Of a stretch of DNA of 49,798 nucleotides, positions 1 to 12,244 are shown piece by piece. Numbering within the stretch: position 1 is the stretch's first letter; each line of letters opens with the position of its first letter. The position numbers were made by a program, and so were the translations under genes. Origin of the DNA: Octopus bimaculoides (lineage: Eukaryota). The notes under the pieces were generated by a model. That model was not told the origin of the DNA, made no database searches, and was given only the letters and a program-made list of their open reading frames with translations. The stretch spans positions 87,972,836 through 88,022,633 of the forward strand of contig NC_068988.1 of assembly GCF_001194135.2 (NCBI RefSeq), read 5' to 3'.

Positions 1-68
<68 letters not shown>

Positions 69-72
69 CACA
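1..72. repeat. (CA)n microsatellite
   Basis: Near-perfect CA dinucleotide run at the window start. Confidence 0.98.
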
Positions 73-103
73 CATGCGCGCGTATACACACAACTATACG
101 ACT

Positions 104-463
104 ATATTGTATTTCGGGATGGTCATTCTCGTTTTTGGCAAATAAACACAGGCATTATATATTTGCTCTTCACTCGTTTATTACTTATTTTAACTCATGC
201 CCACTGTCCGGAAATGATTCGTTACACATCTGTGACTACTTCAGCGATACTTTTCGTATTCGTCTCCTCTTATTTCAAGTGGAGTAAGAGGACACACGAA
301 GACTAAAAGTGTCGCTGAAGTAGTCACAGATGTGTTACGAAAGATTTTCGTACAATGGACATGAGTTAGAAAAAGAACAGTAATAAATGAGTGAAGAACA
401 AATATATAGTGCGTGTGTTTACTTGGCAGGAATAAAAAAGACCATCCCGAAATATAGCAATAT
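104..463. mobile_element. Fold-back (whole-length palindromic) MITE-like element
   Basis: The left half is the imperfect reverse complement of the right half. Perfect blocks: atttcgggatggtc (111-124) vs gaccatcccgaaat (440-453), and the 24-mer acacatctgtgactacttcagcga (224-247) vs 312-335. Central loop ~273-284. No ORF. Confidence 0.7.
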
Positions 464-1760
464 CTGTTTCAACACACAATTTTACATCATGAATCTTGCA
501 ACACAAATTCATTAACATATATAACTATAACTATATAACCATAACTATATAGCTATATATATATATATCTTTGTGTGTGTGTGTGTGTAATTTTATATAT
601 GTATATATATATCTATATAAATGTATGTGTTTATATGTATCTATATATAAGTGTATATACCTACTCAAGCACGCACACACACGTAAACGCACACACACAT
701 ACACACACACACACATACACATACACACTCACACAGAGTTTAGGATCAATAACAAACGAATACAGCAAGTAAACTTGCAAAACGGTATTAGTTTAACGCT
801 TAAACGGAGAGTCTTAACATTTCAGACATTAGTCCCCCAGGAGCAAAGAGTAGAAACGTGATTTGGTTGAGTAAGAAAAATAGTGAGTTATAAAAGAAGA
901 AAAGAAATATAAATATATATATATATATTTATATATATATATATATACACATACATATACACATGCTTGCATATAGTCATATATGTAGATATTGTATGTG
1001 TGTATGTGTGTGTATACACACACATATTTATCTACACACACACATACTTGCACATATACACATGTGTAGATATTGGGGGTGTGGAGCTGCTGGGAATTGT
1101 AATGAAGCAAAGATCAAGCTTGGCTGATGTATAGCAAAATATAGTTGAGAGAGATACATTCTGCATCAACAATAAAGAGAAAGCCAGAGTTAATCTTGAC
1201 TTGTAGGCAGTAGACATTTTTCGCTATATCTTTCTCAATGCGACAGAAAAAGCATCATCCATCGTGTGACGCGTTGTGTAACTTTCTCTCCTTTAGCTAA
1301 TCCAAATACTGTGAATGTAAGCTTGAGAACGCATTGACCGAATTCCTTGATATTAGCGAAAATCCACAGTAGAGGAATAACTACTGCAAGCAAATATAAT
1401 TATTACGTCATAAATTTGCGTATATGTGTATATATATATGTATATATATATATATATATATATNNNNNNNNNNNNNNNNNNNNNNNNNNNNNNNNNNNNN
1501 NNNNNNNNNNNNNNNNNNNNNNNNNNNNNNNNNNNNNNNNNNNNNNNNNNNNNNNNNNNNNNNNNNNNNNNNNNNNNNNNNNNNNNNNNNNNNNNNNNNN
1601 NNNNNNNNNNNNNNNNNNNNNNNNNNNNNNNNNNNNNNNNNNNNNNNNNNNNNNNNNNNNNNNNNNNNNNNNNNNNNNNNNNNNNNNNNNNNNNNNNNNN
1701 NNNNNNNNNNNNNNNNNNNNNNNNNNNNNNNNNNNNNNNNNNNNNNNNNNNNNNNNNNAT

Positions 1761-1798
<38 letters not shown>

Positions 1799-2732
1799 GG
1801 ATATGTATGTATGTATACACACATGCTTGCACATAAGCATATATGTAGATATTAGGAGTGTGGAGCTGGTGTGAGTAGCAATGACGCGAAAGGACAGTAG
1901 TCAATAAGTTGGAAAGATAAGAGTATTATCAACTGAGAATTGAGCCGGTTTGTAGCACGACTTGGAGTTCCAACTTTTATTACTGAGCTGATTCAGTGTT
2001 ACATAAATGCGTGTGCATGTAAGTACGTTTGCTCATACGTACATACGTCGTATATATATATATATAGAGTGAGAGAGAGAGTGAGAGAGAGATAGAGAGA
2101 GAAAGAGAGAGAACGTGTGTGTGTGCGCGCGTATGTGTGTATGTGTGCGTATGTGTATGTGTGTGTGTGTGTATAAAACATAATATGTGTACCTTTACTC
2201 ATCATACATAAATATAATCACAGACATACGAATTCGAACGCACATTTAGACACATGTATATACCCATACATACATAGAATCATATATCCATATATATACA
2301 CACGCACACACATACATATGTGTATTTATATGCATATGTATATGTATATATGAAAATATATATATTTTTGCACATGTACATATACATACACAAACACAAA
2401 TATATGCAGAAATACAGTCTTATAAAAACATATGCACATATCTATACATATATACATGCGTACATAAACACACTTCCACATAGACACACACATGCAAGCA
2501 TACATTCATACACACATGAATACATGAATACCTACACGCATATACATACATACATGCTTATATTCATACGCATACACATGCATATATCCATACATATACA
2601 AACATCCATGCGCACAGACACACATGTGCGCTCACACTTTCGAACGAATCAGAATATGTTGTCCGCTCGATATGGCAAGATTAGACAGAAGGCGTTAGAA
2701 GCGTTTACAGATACAACAGCCATATGTGTGTA

Positions 2733-2734
<2 letters not shown>

Positions 2735-2817
<83 letters not shown>
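2735..2817. repeat. (TA)n microsatellite within a long TACA/TA/CA-rich low-complexity tract (~2050-3500)
   Basis: Direct reading of the sequence. Confidence 0.95.
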
Positions 2818-2820
<3 letters not shown>

Positions 2821-3221
2821 TATATGCATATATACATACATATATATTCATACATATAGATGCATATCTATTTTATACGTGCATATGCATATACATATAG
2901 AGAATAGAAGCATAAAGCCAAAAATAAACTTATATTGAAATATGACATTGAAATGCGCATGCGTACATAATTGCCATGTAAGTGAAAAGAAGAATGTCCG
3001 TGAAAGGAAGAACTAATCGATACTCTATTATCACACGAAAGCAGTTTTATCTATATTTGTTTCCAGTCTTTCTTTCGTCTGTTCGCAATCGTCTAAAACC
3101 GTTGAGTTGTCTAAGTCAGCATAAAATGAAGGCAAGTTTTAATGTCTAAACAAACACATGTACGCACACACATGTTGCATACACACACACACACACACAC
3201 GTATGTACACACACACATGCA

Positions 3222-3266
<45 letters not shown>

Positions 3267-3428
3267 AAAAGTGCACAAGCAGACGCGCACACTCATATAC
3301 ATACATCTACGCGCACACACACACACTCTCACACACATACATATATTAATATACATATCTATACATACACACATTTACAGACACGTACATATGCATACAC
3401 CTTGCATTGAGGCACACTCAAATACACA

Positions 3429-3439
3429 TCTATCTATCA

Positions 3440-3499
<60 letters not shown>
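3429..3499. repeat. (TCTA)n microsatellite
   Basis: Direct reading. The same motif recurs at ~6950-7075, 14722-14822, 22105-22173 and 40058-40148. Confidence 0.95.
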
Positions 3500-3500
<1 letters not shown>

Positions 3501-4248
3501 ACCAGTGCCGTGGAGACAATCGACGTCATCGCATCCACAATATCTCGATTAGCAAGGGATGACATACAGGGATATAAATACATCGTAGGGTACCAAAATG
3601 TCTTGTCTTCTAACCTAGAACCTGCCAAAGTTCAATGTACAACAGTTAGACGCCACGTTTCTTGCGATAATGAAACGCAGATGATTATAAAAAAATGTGT
3701 AATTATCGGGGACAGAATGTAAAAGAAACGAAACGAGACTAAAGATAAATTAAATACTAGGAAATCCTCACTTAAAAGGATCTCATCCCACAAAGGACAC
3801 TGAATATGAACTGAACATCATGGCCGCCAGCACTAGCGAAGAAAATTTGGTGTAGTAGCTGCATGATGGTAAGGAGAACAAGAAGAGTAGAATAATATTT
3901 ACTGATTGAGGATGAGAATGGTGTTAGAGAAGATTATATTGAGTATAAACGTGATAGTCTACGGATAAAAATGAATAAAAATCATACCCTTGTTGGAGCA
4001 CGTGAGCTACTTCTCACTGAATGCAGGAGACTTCACGGATCACTCCAACGTAAAGATGCTCTGGACTCCACTATATTTTCTTCCTTACCCTAGTGTATTA
4101 CGTACTTAAATGCACATCACTGTATGTTTTGTAACGCCTCCTTGTATGGTATGTTTTAGTATTATATGTATGGATTTTTGTGACTAATTAAAAATAACGA
4201 CAACAACAGCAACAAAATAAAAATAATAAAACTCCTTTCTACTATAGG

Positions 4249-5277
4249 CATCTTTTTTCTCTGTCTGTCTTATCTTCAACATCCCTTTGAAATTGTCCAT
4301 GCATTCTTTTCTTTATCCACCTATTTTTAGTTTCATGCATTCTCAAGTGCTTGTACAGTGTTTTATCTTCGCAATCTTCCATCTATACAAACCTGGCCTT
4401 CTTACTTCCAATAACAGTGGTTCTGTGGCATTTTTTACATACCATGCTATGTTGCTTTCTGCTGTTCTAATGCTGTGTTCGCATCCAATCAGTCCTCTTC
4501 CCCCTCTTCTTCTTGATACATACAGTCTGTCTGTGTCACTTTTTGGGTGGAGTATCCCATATCTAGTCAGCAACTTCCTTGTCTTTCTGTCTAAGCTATT
4601 TAGTTCGTCTACTGCCCATGCGATCACCCCTGCTCCATATCTAAGGAGTGAAACCACCCAGGTGTTGATCGATCGCTTCAATCTTATTTAGTCCGTTTAA
4701 TTTCGACTTCAGGATCAGTCTCAGACTGCGCAAGTACTCCACTTTAAATTTTTCTGTCATTTCTTTCTCCATCAATTTATCCATTTCCAATATCTTCAAG
4801 TACTTATAGCCTGTCTCTTCTATCTGCTCCATAAACGTCCCCGACGGTATCACTAGCCTGTCCATACATTTGATTTTGCTTCTCTTCAAGACTAACACAC
4901 CACACTTTTTCAGTTTGAATTCCATTCTGATATCAGCACTGACAGTATACACCATATCAACGAAGGAACTGACTTGGGCTTCATCTTTACCATAAAGTTT
5001 GAGGTCATCCATGATTAACAAATAGTTGACTTTTTGTTGGCGGCTTTTGAATACGTACCCAGCCTTTGCTTTCCACAGAATCAGTGTTAGTGGTATCATG
5101 CACAGTACAAAGATCAGTGGGGACAGGTAGTCCCCTTGGAAGATGCCTCTCCTGATTTCTATTGTCCCTAAACTTCTTCCATATGTTGTCAGTCCGTCCT
5201 CCACTTCACCATACTTTTTCCAAGCAATCGCTCAACATTCGATGCAATACCAAATAGGTTCATAACATTCGATGCAA
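4249..5277 (-). mobile_element. R4/Dong-like non-LTR retrotransposon, RT-thumb fragment (frameshifted, truncated at both ends)
   Basis: Across several frames: LFGIASNVERLLGKSMVKWRT...IEIRRGIFQGDYLSPLIFVLCMIPL...NYLLIMDDLKLYGK...GYKYL...INTWVVSLLRYGAG...LHPKSDTDRLYVSRRRGGRGL...KRMHGQFQRD. These RT and thumb motifs are typical of the R4/Dong clade. The 5' flank on the sense strand is an (AAT)n array (5278-5357). Confidence 0.9.

Positions 5278-5357
<80 letters not shown>
5278..5357. repeat. (ATT)n microsatellite
   Basis: Direct reading; runs into an N gap. Confidence 0.95.
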
Positions 5358-5856
5358 NNNNNNNNNNNNNNNNNNNNNNNNNNNNNNNNNNNNNNNNNNN
5401 NNNNNNNNNNNNNNNNNNNNNNNNNNNNNNNNNNNNNNNNNNNNNNNNNNNNNNNNNNNNNNNNNNNNNNNNNNNNNNNNNNNNNNNNNNNNNNNNNNNN
5501 NNNNNNNNNNNNNNNNNNNNNNNNNNNNNNNNNNNNNNNNNNNNNNNNNNNNNNNNNNNNNNNNNNNNNNNNNNNNNNNNNNNNNNNNNNNNNNNNNNNN
5601 NNNNNNNNNNNNNNNNNNNNNNNNNNNNNNNNNNNNNNNNNNNNNNNNNNNNNNNNNNNNNNNNNNNNNNNNNNNNNNNNNNNNNNNNNNNNNNNNNNNN
5701 NNNNNNNNNNNNNNNNNNNNNNNNNNNNNNNNNNNNNNNNNNNNNNNNNNNNNNNNNNNNNNNNNNNNNNNNNNNNNNNNNNNNNNNNNNNNNNNNNNNN
5801 NNNNNNNNNNNNNNNNNNNNNNNNNNNNNNNNNNNNNNNNNNNNAGAGAGAGAGAG

Positions 5857-5897
<41 letters not shown>

Positions 5898-6984
5898 AAG
5901 ATAGAGAGATAGAGAGAGAGAGAAACAGACAGATAGACAGAATGTGTATGATACAGAGAATCGGTATTGTTGATAATGATGCAGATAGTAGTGGTATCGT
6001 CGGCGGTGTTGGAGGAGGCAGCGGTGATGGTGGATGAAGTGGTGAAAAGAGCGGGGCATTGATATTTTAATTAAAGCGCCATGTTAGGTCACAGTAAGAC
6101 ATGTTGTAAACGATGTCATGAAAACTGAACAGTCACAAATTTAGCAATGAGGCTGTCTCGGAGATATGTCTGTCGAACTGTCAACACTTCCTGATGTTTG
6201 TCACTAATTACAACACATAAACACACGCAAGTACACACACACAACACATGCACACAAACACACACACACACATACATATATACAGATACATACGCACATA
6301 TGTGAAACTAAATATATAGTTGTGCGCATGCGTGTGTGACCGTATAAACACTTCATTAAAACACACAGAACCACACATTTAGTTAGCAATTTTCAATGCA
6401 ATACATACATACATACATACATACAAACATACATGCGTACATACATACGTACAAACATGCATACATACATACATACATACAAACATACATACATACGACG
6501 AGTATATAAATATTCCTCTGAGATTTACAAAAATATACATGCATGTACATGAACACAATTCATATATTTGTATACATTCTCGTAATACCCAGACAAAGCT
6601 ATTTCTATTTATTAAAACNNNNNNNNNNNNNNNNNNNNNNNNNNNNNNNNNNNNNNNNNNNNNNNNNNNNNNNNNNNNNNNNNNNNNNNNNNNNNNNNNN
6701 NNNNNNNNNNNNNNNNNNNNNNNNNNNNNNNNNNNNNNNNNNNNNNNNNNNNNNNNNNNNNNNNNNNNNNNNNNNNNNNNNNNNNNNNNNNNNNNNNNNN
6801 NNNNNNNNNNNNNNNNNNNNNNNNNNNNNNNNNNNNNNNNNNNNNNNTCTGTCTATCTATCTATCTGTCTGCCTCTCAGTCTATCTAGTTGTCTATCTAT
6901 CTGTCGGTCTGTCTACCTGTCTATCTGTGTGTGTGCATATGTGTCTGTGTGTGTGTTTCTATCTATCTATCTATCTATATATCC

Positions 6985-7031
<47 letters not shown>

Positions 7032-7032
7032 C

Positions 7033-7074
<42 letters not shown>

Positions 7075-7360
7075 ATGCTCATATTTATGTATGTGTACAC
7101 GTGCGCACAGACGCACTCAGTATTTTAGTGAGCAGAAGTTTGGGTCCGAGTTCATAGTTGTCGATCCATTCCCTTCGTTAGGCATTCTGACAAAAGCAAC
7201 TAAGGCAAACATTTCGAAATCAATGGCAACCTTTATTTTGTGAAAATAAAATGTGATACTCTACTTAAATGTATTGAGTAATTCTTCAATTGCCGTTTGT
7301 TTTTATTTATAAGTAAACGCAACAAAAAAAAAAAAGAGATTATATACATGTTATACATGC

Positions 7361-7660
7361 TTTTATTTCATCGCCTGCGACTGTTGGGCAACTGATCGGT
7401 ACGTCCTCAGATCGTATGTTCTTGGCTTTCGTATGGTTGATCTAGAGGCCGACCGCCGAACCAAATTCCTCCAGCATGGTCTGCAGCTGATCAATGCTCT
7501 CTACTATCGGCACTATATCATTAGCGAATCTTAGATGTGTGAGCAGCTCTGGGTTTATCATTATGCTTCCGTTCCAGTTCATGTCTCGCATGACCATCTC
7601 GAGACATGCCGTGAAAAAGTTAGGAATGTTGATGTCTCCTTGCTTGACACTGTTCTCCAT
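7361..7660 (-). mobile_element. RTE-clade LINE, inverted RT segment
   Basis: Minus strand reads SVKQGDINIPNFFTACLEMVMRDMNWNGSIMINPELLTHLRFANDIV...QLQTMLEEF...VGL*INHTKAK...RSEDVPISCPTVAGDEIK. This matches the RT core (GV.QGD, HLRFADD). Confidence 0.85.
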
Positions 7661-7920
7661 CGAAGAATACTATCACGCAAGCTGCGATGGCCGGTCATCT
7701 CGCAAGGATTCACAGACAATCGGTGGACCCGTGCAACTGTCAAGTGGTACCCGCACGAACGGACGAGACCACTCGGAAGACCTCCAATCAGGTGGGAAGC
7801 TGATTTAAAAAAGATGTTTGGAACAACGTGGTGGAGAATGGAGAAAATGCTGTGGCCAGCGGAGCCAACTCGACATCACACAGCTTATCGGTTCCAGGTG
7901 ATCCAGGTGATCCAGGTGAT
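7659..7920 (+). mobile_element. RTE-clade LINE, ORF C-terminus and 3' tail
   Basis: RKLRW...FTDNRWTRATVKWYPHERTRPLGRPPIRWEADL is the RTE C-terminal signature. It ends in a short tandem tail (TCCAGGTGA)x3 at 7893-7919. Confidence 0.85.
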
Positions 7921-7949
7921 AATTTGATTTCTGTATTTATTCAGTAGGT

Positions 7950-8620
7950 TTGCCTTTGTCGTTAACGTTTTATTATTATACATTTTGTATCTGATGTCCC
8001 CGAACATCATTTTTACCGTAGGTTTATTCATTGGTCATTTTGTTATTATATTTTGGATGGTTTTGGTACGGTGGTAGATTCTACTCCTTCTTCATCGGTT
8101 ATTTATGTTGTTTGCACATAGGACTAAATTTTCAAAATTAATATTTTGGTGTCAATGATGTGATATTACCTAATTTCTTTTGTTGAGAGTGCATATTAAT
8201 TGTGTATTTATGGTTTTGGTATTGCCCCGAGAGGTCATGCTCGGGAACGATTGTTTCTAAGGGTCACACTTTCTATTACAGGTTAAGTAATATACATATC
8301 AATATTTTCTTCTTTAAGTTCTAAATATATTTCAATAAAGATATTGTGTTTCTCTTCTAAATATTACGGAACGAGTGTATACATTTAGTACCAGACTTTA
8401 AACGATTTGCTTGTTGCTCCGCTGCTGTTTGCGTTGGTTTCCTATCTAGAAGCACTTATGATTATTCTTGTTAGCAACGAGCATAGTTTGGATCCGTTGC
8501 AGTTACGTGTATTTCCCTGCATTTCGAAGTATCTATTTATTCATGGCTTGTATGGATCATTTTCCGTTTCTTGTGCAGTTGAAGTTAACTTTTGTGTTAT
8601 TCCTATTGCGTAGTTTATGA
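7950..8620 (-). mobile_element. Highly degraded Penelope-like element, GIY-YIG endonuclease region
   Basis: Broken minus-strand frames give PIDIINYAI, NCNGSKLCSLL, YVYYLTCNRKCD, GNTKT...INMHSQQ and LCANN, colinear with the clearer copy at 32310-32935. Many stops and frameshifts. Confidence 0.4.
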
Positions 8621-9050
8621 TATCTATTGGCAGTTGGGAAGTGTTTTGGTGATTATTCATCACCAGTATTCATCATTAGTATCATAAGCAGTAGTTAATG
8701 ATAGTAACTATATTTCCTACCCAGACGAAGGCCCACTGATGCTCTTGTTGAGTGTGATTGCAAGAAAGTAGCAGAATAGGTTACACCCGCAGCAATTTCA
8801 AACAGAATAAGTTATATATAAGTTATATCCGCAGCAGTTTCTGAGTTAAAGTCTCAACGTAAATTAACAAAGTGAAGGCACATAGGTTAACCGTTGCGGA
8901 CATCAATATATATATATACGTATACATATAAAGATAAGCTTTGGTTTGGATGCACAAATCTGATGTTAATATGGCTGCAGAAACAACAGCATAGGTAACA
9001 AAAGAGCAGACAGTTATCAGTAGATATCAGCATTGCTTCTTATAGCGGAA

Positions 9051-9260
9051 ACTGGCATCCCGCCACTTACGACTACGTCGAGGGTTCCAGTTGATCCGAT
9101 CAACGGAACAACCTGCAGGTGAAATTAACGTGCAAGTGGCTGAGCANNNNNNNNNNACTCGTACCCTTAATGTAGTTCTCAGGGAAATTCAGCGTGACAC
9201 AGAGTGTGACAAGGCCGGCCCGCCAGGTGAGTGAACTGGAGCAGCGTGAAATAGGGTCTC
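9051..9260 (-). mobile_element. SINE type B, 3' portion
   Basis: Reverse complement of the 3' half of the full copy at 37590-37933 (gagggttccagttgatccgatcaacggaac; aaattaacgtgcaagtggctgagca). Confidence 0.8.
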
Positions 9261-9589
9261 TATAACAGAAACAACTGTTAGCTAATGAGAGTCTCTATTT
9301 ATTGATATCACACTTTGTACTCTCACAAGTGCAGAGTATACCGAGTTCCAATAACTGGTTATTAGCATGGCTATGCCCAAGCGAAATCATAATGTATTTG
9401 TGTATGTGTGTGTGTGTGTGTATGCGCGTGTGTGTGTGAGTGTGTGTGTGCGTGTATGTATGTAAGTATGTATGTATGCATGTGTGTGTATGTATGTGTG
9501 TATGTGTGTACGTATGTAAGTATGTATGTATGCGTGTGTGTGTGTGTATGTATGTATGTATGCATGTATGTATGTATATATGTTTGTTT

Positions 9590-9770
9590 GCTTGTGTGTA
9601 TGTCTGCATTGCGTGTCTTTGTGTTAGTCCTCACACCATTTGACAGCCAAGTTTTAAAAAAAGAAGGAGTACTTTGGTCGATTTGTTTGACTAAACCCTT
9701 CAATGCCTTACACTAGTATGGCTGCAGTCCAACGACTGAAACAAGTAAAAGAATAAAAAAATGAAAAATA
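9590..9770 (+). mobile_element. SINE type C, degraded 3' portion following a TG/TATG microsatellite
   Basis: ggtcgatttgtttgactaaa...atggctgcagtccaacgactgaaacaagtaaaaga matches the 3' end of the copy at 38169-39312. Confidence 0.65.
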
Positions 9771-10866
9771 AAAAAAAAACCCATCAGTAGAAGGTGTGAT
9801 ACTGTGGAGTCGCAGCAATCGTAACAGTATCTTTGCTGGATTCACAACCTACGAGTTCATTCATCTACCACTTTAACAACTCTGCTGTTTTCGCCAATAA
9901 ACTATCAATTTCTAACATATAACTACACACCCCGATCCTCGCCACTCATATACCCATACAGAAAAATACAAAGTAAAACGAACAAATGAATAAATAAATA
10001 ATTTCTATAAATAAAACGAAATCAGAAAACATCTCGCAAACCACAGAACCACAACCCACATACCAGCACAAACCACTTACCCACAACCAATACAACTAGC
10101 AAGCAAACGAAGTCACCGTCTCTCTTTATGGCTTATTGCTCTTACTTCTCCCCTCATTCGTGCTGTTTGAATTATTTTTCGCCTTCCAGAAGTAATCTAT
10201 TTTCCCCTGCTTGTATATCAACTGCAGATGATTAAGAATAATTAGGAATGACATAAAGTCTCCGAAAATGTTGTAACTTAGCACGGATATTCAGGGAACG
10301 ATGCGTGTAACATGAGAAGTGGAAACAAAAATGGTCGGTTTTTAGCTCACAGTGAAAAATGGTTCCGTTATCACGTAGAAACAGTTGAATGTTGTAAAAA
10401 TCATCATTGGAAATAGGATTCTGACCTTGAATAAACAATTATTCAAAATAAGTAATCTAATACGCTGCTGTTTCCCGCCAAAAAGAAAAAAAAAGTAGAA
10501 AGAGACAGAGAAGCAAGAACAAAACAAGGCAAACAAAAATAGCAATAAAGCAATGAGACATCAGACAAATTTTTTTTTATTCCCAAAATTACGTGAAAAT
10601 CAAACAACAATAATCCGCCATATTGTTCCATTGTTTTTTTCCCCTTTTTTATCTATTATTAACGTGTTTTGTGTATGGTTTTCTGTAGATGTGTATGTGA
10701 ATGTGTATGGTATGCACATTCGTATGTCTGCATGTGTAAGTGTGTGTATGTGTAGGTGTGTGTGTGTCTGTGTGTTTATTCGTGTATTTCCGAGTTTATT
10801 GTACGTGAATTTGTGTAGGTGTTTTCATATGTATGCATACATGTATGAACGTATGTATATGCGTAT

Positions 10867-11005
10867 GCATGTGTCTAGTTACGTGTGTGTGTGTGTACGT
10901 GTTTATGTGTGTTTGTGAGCTTAAGGTGTATGTGTCTAGTTACGTGTGTGTGTGTGTGTGTGTACGTGTTTATGTGTGTTTGTGAGTTTAAGGTGTATGT
11001 GTCCG
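10867..11005. repeat. ~60-bp tandem duplication (2 copies plus the start of a third) within TG-rich DNA
   Basis: gtgtctagttacgtgtgtg...tacgtgtttatgtgtgtttgtgag(c/t)ttaaggtgtat is repeated head to tail. Confidence 0.85.
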
Positions 11006-11320
11006 AGTGTGCTTGTGTACAAATCTGGGTTTCTATGCCTGTGTCTTGACAGGTATGTGTGTTTGTCTGAGTGCGCGTGTGAATATCTGTTTGTGTGTAT
11101 GTGTATGTGTGTGCATTTGTTTGTTTGTGTGTATGTGTGTGTGTGTGTATGTATTTATGCGTGTGCAAATGGATGTGTATGTGGGTGTGTCTGTACATGT
11201 GTATTTAAAGCTTCTTGTAACATATCTGTAAGTCTGTATGAATAGTTAACAGTTGTGTCTGAGAAGCAGAACCCGAATGGTTGTTCTTTAGCTGAGAGGT
11301 ATATATATATATATATATAT

Positions 11321-12244
11321 NNNNNNNNNNNNNNNNNNNNNNNNNNNNNNNNNNNNNNNNNNNNNNNNNNNNNNNNNNNNNNNNNNNNNNNNNNNNNNNN
11401 NNNNNNNNNNNNNNNNNNNNNNNNNNNNNNNNNNNNNNNNNNNNNNNNNNNNNNNNNNNNNNNNNNNNNNNNNNNNNNNNNNNNNNNNNNNNNNNNNNNN
11501 NNNNNNNNNNNNNNNNNNNNNNNNNNNNNNNNNNNNNNNNNNNNNNNNNNNNNNNNNNNNNNNNNNNNNNNNNNNNNNNNNNNNNNNNNNNNNNNNNNNN
11601 NNNNNNNNNNNNNNNNNNNNNNNNNNNNNNNNNNNNNNNNNNNNNNNNNNNNNNNNNNNNNNNNNNNNNNNNNNNNNNNNNNNNNNNNNNNNNNNNNNNN
11701 NNNNNNNNNNNNNNNNNNNNNNNNNNNNNNNNNNNNNNNNNNNNNNNNNNNNNNNNNNNNNNNNNNNNNNNNNNNNNNNNNNNNNNNNNNNNNNNNNNNN
11801 NNNNNNNNNNNNNNNNNNNNNNNNNNNNNNNNNNNNNNNNNNNNNNNNNNNNNNNNNNNNNNNNNNNNNNNNNNNNNNNNNNNNNNNNNNNNNNNNNNNN
11901 NNNNNNNNNNNNNNNNNNNNNNNNNNNNNNNNNNNNNNNNNNNNNNNNNNNNNNNNNNNNNNNNNNNNNNNNNNNNNNNNNNNNNNNNNNNNNNNNNNNN
12001 NNNNNNNNNNNNNNNNNNNNNNNNNNNNNNNNNNNNNNNNNNNNNNNNNNNNNNNNNNNNNNNNNNNNNNNNNNNNNNNNNNNNNNNNNNNNNNNNNNNN
12101 NNNNNNNNNNNNNNNNNNNNNNNNNNNNNNNNNNNNNNNNNNNNNNNNNNNNNNNNNNNNNNNNNNNNNNNNNNNNNNNNNNNNNNNNNNNNNNNNNNNN
12201 NNNNNNNNNNNNNNNNNNNNNNNNNNNNNNNNNNNNNNNNNNNN
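11321..12244. other. Assembly gap (largest of ~17 long N runs totalling ~7.2 kb)
   Basis: N run flanked by (TA)n on both sides; nearly every gap in the window abuts a microsatellite. Confidence 0.99.

Noticed and set aside
1200-1390. Degenerate fold-back (ttttcgcta.tatc...tcaatgcg vs cgcattga...gata.tagcgaaaa; gcagtag/ctactgc)
   Set aside because: The matches are short and interrupted by large indels, so I cannot distinguish them from chance without a computed alignment.
3503-3990. Unique-looking block with a 70-aa ORF
   Set aside because: No recognisable motif in the frames I translated; left unannotated.
4287-4691. Plus-strand 134-aa ORF, and similar ORFs at 8407-8613 and 29310-29708
   Set aside because: Antisense shadows of minus-strand retroelement coding sequence.
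5234-5278. 15-bp direct repeat aacattcgatgcaat x2 at the Dong 5' end, as a possible TSD
   Set aside because: Both copies are at the same end of the element and read as colinear Dong coding sequence (IECMNLFGIASNV), so they do not flank the insertion.
8720-8790. Functional hammerhead ribozyme
   Set aside because: The core is CUGAUGC rather than CUGANGA, GAAA is incomplete, and stems I and III cannot form; kept only as a possible relic.
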